Shown here: in pieces, positions 8,298 through 20,253 of the stretch
How positions within the stretch are numbered: the stretch's first letter is position 1
How the letters are laid out: each line of letters opens with the position of its first letter
Source of the DNA: Dehalococcoidales bacterium
GTDB lineage: Bacteria > Chloroflexota > Dehalococcoidia > Dehalococcoidales > RBG-16-60-22
Assembly (NCBI GenBank): GCA_034432135.1
Contig: DAOUCO010000069.1
Location: 1-56,023, forward strand
Direction: 5' to 3'
DNA length: 56,023 bases
Made by a program: the position numbers and the translations under genes
Notes under the pieces: generated by a model
The model's database searches: none
Seen by the model: only the letters and a program-made list of their open reading frames with translations
Told to the model about the DNA's origin: nothing

Positions 8298-8903
8298 ATG
8301 GCGAGACTGCTGCTGATAAGACACGGTACAACCAAACTGCATAAAAACGACCGGTTCTGGGGCAAGACGGATGTACCTTTAAGCAACATCGGCATAAAGC
8401 AGGCGGGATTATTACGCACCCGTCTAGCAACAGAGAAAATAGGCACAGTTTACACCAGCACATTAAGTCGCGCCCGAGACACCGCCGAGATTATCGCCGC
8501 CGGACATAAGGCAAAGCTCGAGGTCTGCGAAGAACTTTGCGAATGTAATTTCGGGTTTGTCGAAGGTCTTACCTTCAGCGAAATAGAACATGTTTATCCG
8601 GCTTTAGCCGAGGAGCTAGCCAGCTGGAAAACAGTCGCTTTTCCCGGCGGAGAAACGCTCGACCAACTTAACGAGCGGGTGAAAATGTTTTTAAAAAGGC
8701 TGGGAAATCTCAAAGCTAAAGATACCGCAGCCATCGTTTCCCACGGGGGACCGCTGCGACTGATAATCTGCAATTTAATGGGGATGGATATAAAACACTG
8801 GCAGCAATTTCGTATAGACCGGGGCTCATTGAGCATTATGGAAACGTACCCAGAGACGGCTATCTTACTCTCGCTCAACGATATTACTCATTTAAAACCT
8901 TAA
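8298..8903 (+). CDS. Histidine phosphatase family protein (phosphoglycerate mutase / alpha-ribazole phosphatase-like)
   Basis: LIRHGTT catalytic motif and a C-terminal SHGGPLR. Confidence 0.8.
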   Translation: MARLLLIRHGTTKLHKNDRFWGKTDVPLSNIGIKQAGLLRTRLATEKIGTVYTSTLSRARDTAEIIAAGHKAKLEVCEELCECNFGFVEGLTFSEIEHVYPALAEELASWKTVAFPGGETLDQLNERVKMFLKRLGNLKAKDTAAIVSHGGPLRLIICNLMGMDIKHWQQFRIDRGSLSIMETYPETAILLSLNDITHLKP

Positions 8904-8913
8904 GGACGGCAGC

Positions 8914-9588
8914 ATGGTCAAGGCATTTGCATCATGGAGCGGCGGCAAGGACGGCTGCCTGGCGCTTTACAGGGCGAAGCAGGCGGGCATGGACATCCGG
9001 TTTCTCATAAATATGGTATCGGAGGACGGGCAACGCTCGTGCAGTCACGGCATCCGCGCGGAGGTTATAAAAAAACAGGCGGAAGCACTGGGGATAGCTA
9101 TCGTGCAAAAACCTACGACCACCGATATCTACGAGAAAATATTCAGCGACACAGTTAAAGAATTGAAAAAGAAGGGCGTGAAAGCCGGCGTCTTCGGGGA
9201 TATAGACTTTCAGCCGCACCGGGAGTGGGACGAAAGGGTCTGCGCTGCCGTCGGCGTTACCGCAAACCTTCCTCTCTGGCAAGAAGACCAGACAAAACTC
9301 ATGGAAGAATTTATCGATGCCGGATTCAAGTCGGTGGTCGTTGCGGTGAAAGCCGACCTGCTGGGAAAAGAGACGTTAGGGAAAACAGTCGACAGGGAGT
9401 TTTTAGGTTATGTCAAAGCATTAAATAAAGATATCACGCCCTGCGGCGAGGCGGGGGAATATCATACACTTGTTACCGACGGGCCTATATTTAAAAAGCA
9501 ATTAGAAATCGTCGAAGCTAAAAAAGTGAGCCGGGGAGAGCACCATTTCTTGGAGATTCTGAAAACGAAGCTGACGACAAAAAAATGA
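8914..9588 (+). CDS. ATP-binding PP-loop protein of the MJ0570/Dph6 (diphthine-ammonia ligase-like) family
   Basis: SWSGGKDG PP-loop, GDID...REW, LPLW and CGEAGEYHTLVTDGPIF motifs. Confidence 0.75.
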   Translation: MVKAFASWSGGKDGCLALYRAKQAGMDIRFLINMVSEDGQRSCSHGIRAEVIKKQAEALGIAIVQKPTTTDIYEKIFSDTVKELKKKGVKAGVFGDIDFQPHREWDERVCAAVGVTANLPLWQEDQTKLMEEFIDAGFKSVVVAVKADLLGKETLGKTVDREFLGYVKALNKDITPCGEAGEYHTLVTDGPIFKKQLEIVEAKKVSRGEHHFLEILKTKLTTKK

Positions 9589-9598
9589 GGCGATAAAG

Positions 9599-9853
9599 AT
9601 GACAAAAATAATCGCTAAAATAATATCGCAAAAGGGCAAATGTGAAGCCGGCCATAAGGTAGGGGATGAATTTGAAATCGGGCAGACGACGCCGGAGGGA
9701 ATGTGTTCGTGGGCTTTTTATACGCTTTTTCCTTTTGCCGAGCCGCTACAGTTCGGCGGGAAATTTCCATGGGAAAAAGACCCTTCTAAAGCTAAAGTAG
9801 CCTGCCCGGACGCGGATAATCCGGTTGTATTTGAATTAAGGAAAGCGGACTGA
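9599..9853 (+). CDS. TIGR04076-like small Cys protein
   Basis: 84 aa with KCEAGHKVGDEF...GMCSWAF...GGKFPW...ACPD pattern. A paralogue lies at 32385-32663. Confidence 0.6.
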   Translation: MTKIIAKIISQKGKCEAGHKVGDEFEIGQTTPEGMCSWAFYTLFPFAEPLQFGGKFPWEKDPSKAKVACPDADNPVVFELRKAD

Positions 9854-9869
9854 ACGAAAATAGGCGACT

Positions 9870-10205
9870 CTAAAGCGCCAACATCATCAATTCTTTAACG
9901 TTCCACCCCAACACCATTAAGAGAAGCAGGATAGCCGGTATCAGCCATCTCCCCGGCACGAACCAGCTAATCAGGACCGGAATGCCGAACTTGAAAAGAG
10001 CCAGCATATAGGTTGTGTCGACCGAGGCTTTAATGACAGGATTGAGCTCCAGCCAGCCGTAACGCGCCGCCAACGCCGTTAATGTCAGGTCGATGAGCTG
10101 AAGCGATAAAAACATAATTTTTAACGCCGTATCGACTTTATCGCGCCGACGGCTCCTGGCGATAAAATAAGCTACAGGTCCTGCGATATGCTGGCCTAAT
10201 GACAT
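9870..10205 (-). CDS. Small integral membrane protein (DUF5658-like)
   Basis: 111 aa with 3 hydrophobic segments and a GWLELNPV motif. Confidence 0.55.
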   Translation of the reverse strand: MSLGQHIAGPVAYFIARSRRRDKVDTALKIMFLSLQLIDLTLTALAARYGWLELNPVIKASVDTTYMLALFKFGIPVLISWFVPGRWLIPAILLLLMVLGWNVKELMMLAL

Positions 10206-10414
10206 TTTAATTTTCCCTTAGCGTGTTAGTAAATTAGTAACTTGCAGCCGGATTCTTTATTAAGCTTATCTTTAAAGAGAAAAATAGATGATAAATATAT
10301 CATAAGGAAAAGTGAACAAATAGTAAAATTACAGGCAGTGTCGATACAGATTTGCGATTTTTGCCCGTTCCCGCCCTGTGCTATACTTAGGAAAGATTTA
10401 GAAGCGAGGGATAA

Positions 10415-13080
<2,666 letters not shown>

Positions 13081-13170
13081 TAAATCAAAAATCAAATCTC
13101 AAAAGTTAAAACCTTTTTGCCCTGTTCAATCTCCAATGCTATAATAACAGCGTCAATCAAGGAGGCATCT

Positions 13171-14965
<1,795 letters not shown>

Positions 14966-15007
14966 AGAGCGCGGGTTTGAAAATCCTAAATAATATCGAA
15001 AATATAC

Positions 15008-15055
15008 TATGAGATTGCCACGTCGTTCTTCTGCGGAAGGACTTCCTCGCAATGA
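15008..15055. repeat. Solo copy of the TATGAGATTGC...CTCGCAATGA repeat unit (same family as the units flanking the GIY-YIG gene at 25.9 kb)
   Basis: The termini TATGAGATTGCC and CTCGCAATGA match the 26209-26257 unit. There is an internal GGAAG-ga-CTTCC hairpin. It lies in the intergenic region between eno and the MBL gene. Confidence 0.6.
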
Positions 15056-15067
15056 TAGAGAGAAAAT

Positions 15068-16060
15068 ATGACTGAAGTTTTTCCCGGTATTCACTGGCTT
15101 AAGATGCCCATAACACTAGAACAATCGACACTCGCCCATATCAATATCTACCTCGTTGAAGGCGATAAAGGCTACCTGCTAATCGATGCAGGGTGGAACA
15201 CCGATAAATCCTTCAGCACGCTGCATAATTTCCTGATAAAAAGGGGTAAAAGCTTCCATGATATCAACCAGATAGTCGTCACGCATGTCCACCCCGACCA
15301 TTACGGTATGGCGGGGCGGGTAAAAAAGCTTTCCGGAGCAACGATGGCGATGCACCACGTCGAAAAAGACTTCATCGAGCCGAGGTACGTCGCCATGGAA
15401 GAATTACTGCAAAAGACCGACCATATGCTCACAACCAACGGCACACCCGAAAAGGAAATGGTCATCCTGCGGGACGCCAGCCTAGACGTAGAAAAATATA
15501 TCGTCCCAACAATTCCGGACAGACTCCTCCATGACGGCGATATAATAAAAAGCGGGGCTTTTACCTTCCGGGTGATATGGACACCCGGTCATTCCTCCGG
15601 GCATATTTGCCTTTACGAGCCGAGTAAAAAGATACTGTTTTCCGGTGACCATATCCTGCCGAAGATTACGCCTAATATCAGCGTGAACCCGCAGTCGATA
15701 GAAAACCCGCTGGGCAGGTATCTGGAATCTTTAAAAGACCTGCGGCAGCTCGACGTTAGCCTCACTTTGCCGGGGCATGACCAGCCTTTTAAAAATTTAA
15801 AGCAGCGTATCGACGAGATAATATATCACCACGGCTTGAGAAACCAGGAAATACTGGGGACGATAGCGCTCCGTGCCAGGACAGCTTACCAGATAGCTAA
15901 AGAGATAACCTGGGGGGATAACGGAGTATGGAAAGACTTACCGCCTTTCCATAAGCGGATGGCGGTCTTCGAAACACTGGCGCACCTGGAAATGATGGCG
16001 GCGGAGAGCCGCGTGGATAAACTACCGCGCAAGGGCGTCAATTACTGGAAAGAGAAGTGA
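15068..16060 (+). CDS. MBL-fold metallo-hydrolase
   Basis: THVHPDHYG metal-binding motif, and later TPGHSSGH. Confidence 0.8.
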   Translation: MTEVFPGIHWLKMPITLEQSTLAHINIYLVEGDKGYLLIDAGWNTDKSFSTLHNFLIKRGKSFHDINQIVVTHVHPDHYGMAGRVKKLSGATMAMHHVEKDFIEPRYVAMEELLQKTDHMLTTNGTPEKEMVILRDASLDVEKYIVPTIPDRLLHDGDIIKSGAFTFRVIWTPGHSSGHICLYEPSKKILFSGDHILPKITPNISVNPQSIENPLGRYLESLKDLRQLDVSLTLPGHDQPFKNLKQRIDEIIYHHGLRNQEILGTIALRARTAYQIAKEITWGDNGVWKDLPPFHKRMAVFETLAHLEMMAAESRVDKLPRKGVNYWKEK

Positions 16061-16066
16061 TATAAT

Positions 16067-17074
16067 TTGGGCGTAATGAAAAAAATCGGTATTACCACCA
16101 CCGTGCCGGTGGAAATCCTGCTCGCTACCGGGTACCAACCAGTTGATTTGAATAATGTCCTAGTATCCGCACCCGACCCAACGCGTTATGTCACCATCGC
16201 CGAGAGGGACGGCTTTCCGCTCAATTGCTGCGCCTGGATTAAGGGCATATACGGCGTCTGCCTGGATTCCGGCATTAACGATGTTTTGTGCGTCACCAGC
16301 GGCGACTGTTCCAATACCATCATGCTCATGGAAGTCCTAAAGCTTAAAGGTAAGAACGCCATGCCATTTGCTTACCCGGAACGACCGGATAAAGGAGAGA
16401 TGGACTACGTGCTGGAAAAAATGGCGGCGACTTTCGGCACGACGCTGGAAGCGGCTAATAAAGTCCGACAGAAGATACAGTCGGCGCGTAACCTCGCTTT
16501 AAAGCTGGATGAGCTTACGTGGAAAGATAATAAAGCAAGCGGGTGGGAGAACCACCTGTGGCTGGTAGCGGCGTCCGACTTTAACGGAGACTATCTTAAA
16601 TATAAGCGAGAATTGCAGGCGCTGATTGAAAAATGCGCTAACCGCGAGCCTTATCCTGATAAAGAAATAAGGGTGGGGTATATCGGGGTACCGCCGGTCT
16701 ATGCTAAAGAGCTTTATCCCTATATCGAAAAGCACGGGGCGCGGGTGGTCTATAACGAGATACAGAGGCAGTTCGCCATGCCGTCTCCGGGCAAGTCACT
16801 GGTAGAACAGTATACCAATTATACTTACCCGTACTCACTTAATGAACGACTGGCAGACATCAAGACTGAAATAAAAAGGCGGCGTATCGACGGGGTAATT
16901 CACTATGTGCAGGCGTTTTGCCATCGGGGCATCGGGGACATCGTAATGCGGAGTAGTATAGATTTACCGATGCTGACGCTGGAAGGCAACGCGGAATTTT
17001 ACCTCAACGGGCACGTTAAGACACGCATCGAGGCGTTTCTGGACATGATAGAACGAGGACGGCGGAAGAGGTGA
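16067..17074 (+). CDS. 2-hydroxyacyl-CoA dehydratase family protein (HgdB/BcrC-like component)
   Basis: The GITTTVPVEILLATGYQP N-terminus is typical of this family, with conserved Cys residues. No partner subunit or activator is adjacent. Confidence 0.65.
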   Translation: MGVMKKIGITTTVPVEILLATGYQPVDLNNVLVSAPDPTRYVTIAERDGFPLNCCAWIKGIYGVCLDSGINDVLCVTSGDCSNTIMLMEVLKLKGKNAMPFAYPERPDKGEMDYVLEKMAATFGTTLEAANKVRQKIQSARNLALKLDELTWKDNKASGWENHLWLVAASDFNGDYLKYKRELQALIEKCANREPYPDKEIRVGYIGVPPVYAKELYPYIEKHGARVVYNEIQRQFAMPSPGKSLVEQYTNYTYPYSLNERLADIKTEIKRRRIDGVIHYVQAFCHRGIGDIVMRSSIDLPMLTLEGNAEFYLNGHVKTRIEAFLDMIERGRRKR

Positions 17075-17130
17075 TTTTTTACGTATAAAAGTATTACAAT
17101 ATAATACAACCCTGTTAAAAGGAGGTTGAA

Positions 17131-18144
17131 TTGAAAACCAGAATCGGCATCAACGGCTTCGGGCGCATCGGGAGACTTACCTTGAGAACAATACTCCAGC
17201 GCCATCAGAATGAAATAGAAGTAATGGCGGTTAACGACCTAGCAGATACCAAAACCAATGCCCACTTATTTAAGTGGGATAGCGTGTACGGGCGCTATCC
17301 GGGTGAAGTAACATCTAAAGATAAGTCAATTGTTGTCGATGGCAAAGAAATACAGGTATTATCCGAGCGCGAGCCGGGCAATATCCCCTGGAAAGACTAC
17401 GGCGTAGATATCGTTATAGAGTCCACAGGTAAGTTCACCGATGCCAATAAAGCCAGGGCGCACACTAAAGGCGGCGCCAAAAAAGTCATCATATCCGCCC
17501 CCGCCGAAAAAGAAGACGCCACTATCGTCCTAGGGGTTAACGAAAAAACTTACGACCCCAAGAAACATCAAGTGATTTCCAATGCTTCCTGCACCACCAA
17601 CGGCATTGCGCCGGCGGTCAAGGTACTGCATGAGAATTTCGTCGTAACCAAGGGGCTGATGACCACCATCCACTCTTACACCAATGACCAAGTGGTGCTG
17701 GATATCGTCCATAAAGATATACGCCGGGCGCGCGCCGCCGCTTTGAACATGATACCCACGACTACTGGCGCCGCGAAGCTGGTGGGCAAGCTGGTCGAGG
17801 GACTGGAAGGCAAGATTCACGGCATTGCCATGCGCGTGCCAACGCCTACCGTTTCAGTCATCGACTTCGTCTGCAACACCCAAAAAGACGTCAGTGTTGA
17901 GCAGGTCAATGAGGCGTTTAAGAAAGCCGCCGCCGGACAATATAAGGGTATCATTGAGTACTGTGAGGAAAAGCTTGTCAGTATGGACTTCAAAGGCAAC
18001 GACCACAGCTGTATTATTGATGCTCCTAGTACCATGGTTATCGATAAGAACATGGTAAAAATACTCGCCTGGTACGATAACGAGTGGGGCTACAGCTGCC
18101 GGCTGGGGGATTTGGTAGTTTTTATAGCGAGTAAAGGACTTTAA
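17131..18144 (+). CDS. gap: Type I glyceraldehyde-3-phosphate dehydrogenase
   Basis: INGFGRIGR, SNASCTTN active site and WYDNEWGYS. TTG start with AAGGAGG RBS. Confidence 0.95.
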   Translation: MKTRIGINGFGRIGRLTLRTILQRHQNEIEVMAVNDLADTKTNAHLFKWDSVYGRYPGEVTSKDKSIVVDGKEIQVLSEREPGNIPWKDYGVDIVIESTGKFTDANKARAHTKGGAKKVIISAPAEKEDATIVLGVNEKTYDPKKHQVISNASCTTNGIAPAVKVLHENFVVTKGLMTTIHSYTNDQVVLDIVHKDIRRARAAALNMIPTTTGAAKLVGKLVEGLEGKIHGIAMRVPTPTVSVIDFVCNTQKDVSVEQVNEAFKKAAAGQYKGIIEYCEEKLVSMDFKGNDHSCIIDAPSTMVIDKNMVKILAWYDNEWGYSCRLGDLVVFIASKGL

Positions 18145-18205
18145 AGAAAGCCAACTTAAGCCTATAGATAATCGTCATTAGATATTTGGTTTACTTTCGT
18201 AACGA

Positions 18206-18235
18206 TTGACATCGTATTGCGTAATTACGTAAAAT
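18206..18235 (+). promoter_or_regulatory. Promoter of tubulin-like gene 1 (ATTGACAT-N-GTAAAAT)
   Basis: TTGACA at 18206-18211, an 18-nt spacer, then TAAAAT at 18230-18235. The architecture mirrors 22522-22550. Confidence 0.5.
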
Positions 18236-18264
18236 AAAGCAAAGAACCTTTTCCAAGGTGAGTA

Positions 18265-19440
18265 ATGAAATTAGTTGTGGTTGGTTTCGGGCAGTGCGGC
18301 GGCAGAATAGCTGACGAATTCGCCCGCTTAAATAAAAGAGCACTAGGCTTGCGCGGTTTAAACCTCATCACCGGGGCTTATGCCGTCAATACGGATATAG
18401 CCGACCTCAGCGGGCTGACGACGATTAAGTCCAACTTCGAGCACCGAATACTTATCGGCAACAAAAAGACGCAAGGTCACGGCGTGGGAAAAATCAACGA
18501 GCTTGGCGCGGAAATCGCCCACGAGGATGCCGATAAGGTCATCGAGACAATCAGAAGCACAGAACACTTTGCCGAAACAGATGCATTCCTGCTTTGCGCA
18601 GGGGCGGCGGGGGGCACAGGTTCTGGCGCAATATCCATAATGACGCAGCAGATAAAAGAGCGCTACGTAGATAGACCGGTCTACAACCTTATAGTATTGC
18701 CATTCGAGCATGAGGTCGCTACGGAGGAAAGGACGGTATATAACGTAGCTACCTGCTTAAAGTCCAGCTATCTAGTGGCAGATGCCATATTTCTCGTCGA
18801 TAACCAGAGATACGTGATGAAAGACGCTTCATTGATAAACAATCTTACTCGAATTAACATGATGATTGTGAAACCATTTTTCAATCTTCTTTGTGCCGGC
18901 GAAGAGAAAAGGACACGATACATCGGCGCCAAGATTCTGGATGCCGGGGACATCATCCAGACCTTAGTGGGCTGGACAACTATCGGTTACGGAAGGTCAC
19001 AGACGGGAATATTCAAGTCGTTTCTCGGCGGGCCTCGCGACTTCCGTAAAAAAGCCTCGGAAACCCAGCGTGGCATTCACGCCCTTGATGAAGCTATAAC
19101 CAGCCTATCCGTCAAGTGTAATCCGCTGGACTCAAAACGGGCGCTTTATCTGGTATCCGCTCCCGCCAAGGAAATCAATGTAGACCTGATAAAAGAACTC
19201 GGTACTTACATTAAAAATATGGCGCCAGAAGCCGTCATCAGGAGCGGCGATTATCCGAGAGAAAAAGGCAACCTGGATGTCACCGTAATTCTCTCGGAGA
19301 TGAGCGATGTGGAGAAGGTAAGGAGCTATTTCGCCAAAGCCATCAGACTCATCGCCGAACTGAAGAAACGTCAAGAAGGCTTAGTAAGCACACAGCGAGA
19401 GATTGATGTTTCGATTAAAGACATTCCCTCGCTGTTATAA
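18265..19440 (+). CDS. Tubulin/FtsZ-superfamily GTPase, CetZ/tubulin-flavoured (paralogue 1)
   Basis: T1 GFGQCGGRIA, T3-like GHGVGKINELGAEIA, tubulin signature AAGGTGSGA, base-contact LVDNQRYV, T7-like LDAGDIIQT, and C-terminal KDIPSLL. Confidence 0.8.
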   Translation: MKLVVVGFGQCGGRIADEFARLNKRALGLRGLNLITGAYAVNTDIADLSGLTTIKSNFEHRILIGNKKTQGHGVGKINELGAEIAHEDADKVIETIRSTEHFAETDAFLLCAGAAGGTGSGAISIMTQQIKERYVDRPVYNLIVLPFEHEVATEERTVYNVATCLKSSYLVADAIFLVDNQRYVMKDASLINNLTRINMMIVKPFFNLLCAGEEKRTRYIGAKILDAGDIIQTLVGWTTIGYGRSQTGIFKSFLGGPRDFRKKASETQRGIHALDEAITSLSVKCNPLDSKRALYLVSAPAKEINVDLIKELGTYIKNMAPEAVIRSGDYPREKGNLDVTVILSEMSDVEKVRSYFAKAIRLIAELKKRQEGLVSTQREIDVSIKDIPSLL

Positions 19441-19593
19441 ATTAACTATTCAGTTGTAAATACTATCGATAATCCCAACAGACCATTGTATTGGCGGTAA
19501 TACTAAATTTTACCAGCCTGTATAAATCACGCTACACCTTTCAACGAACACAAACAGTCCTACCTGTAAGAATGATAGCCGGATTATAATAAA

Positions 19594-20079
19594 CTATCTG
19601 GCTATCTTGGAGTAAATTTGCCAGGCCTGTTCGATAGTCTCGTCGCGAACCTGCCAGGCTCGCTCGATGGTGCTATCACGATTATTGGCGGCTTCGGCAA
19701 TTGCCGCTTCATAAGCACTATCAGCAGACTTTACAGCGCTCTTATATTCTTCTTCAGCCTGCTGTATAGCCGCTTCCCGGGCGCTGGCGGCATTAGCTAA
19801 CGCTTCCTCCCGCTGTTTCATCGCTTTAGCTACAGCAGAGGCATAAGCGCGAGTAGCCTGCTGTTCTGCCCGACGGTAGGCTTTAGCTACCTGCATTTCA
19901 TTCTCGTGATAAGCCTTAGCGACCTGCCGCTCGGCGTCCATATAAGCGGCATAAGCCCTTTCGGCCTGACTCATTACTTCGTCGAGAGGATTGGTAGAGC
20001 GTTCTTCTTCTTCTTCTTTTGGTTCTTCAGCTTGGATGGCTTCTTCAGCCGCGTGACCTTTTTTCTTCTTGGTAGGCAC
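19594..20079 (-). CDS. Hendecad-repeat alpha-helical protein with a Lys/Glu-rich N-terminus
   Basis: 161 aa with RBS AAGGAGGTG. Aromatic residues recur every 11 aa (Y46/57/68/79, Y112/123, W142/153). No TM segment or signal peptide. Confidence 0.7.
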   Translation of the reverse strand: MPTKKKKGHAAEEAIQAEEPKEEEEERSTNPLDEVMSQAERAYAAYMDAERQVAKAYHENEMQVAKAYRRAEQQATRAYASAVAKAMKQREEALANAASAREAAIQQAEEEYKSAVKSADSAYEAAIAEAANNRDSTIERAWQVRDETIEQAWQIYSKIAR

Positions 20080-20253
20080 CAGACACCTCCTTAATTTAGA
20101 TTATCTTAATATTTTTATACAGATTCTATATAGTGCCAAGTATATTGCGCACTATGTAAAAAGTCAAACAAATTTTATATCTTGTAAAGAGTACTTTTAT
20201 CCTAATTTATCACACGATTATTGGACAAGCAAGTTCTGGTTTTTAAGCCATTC

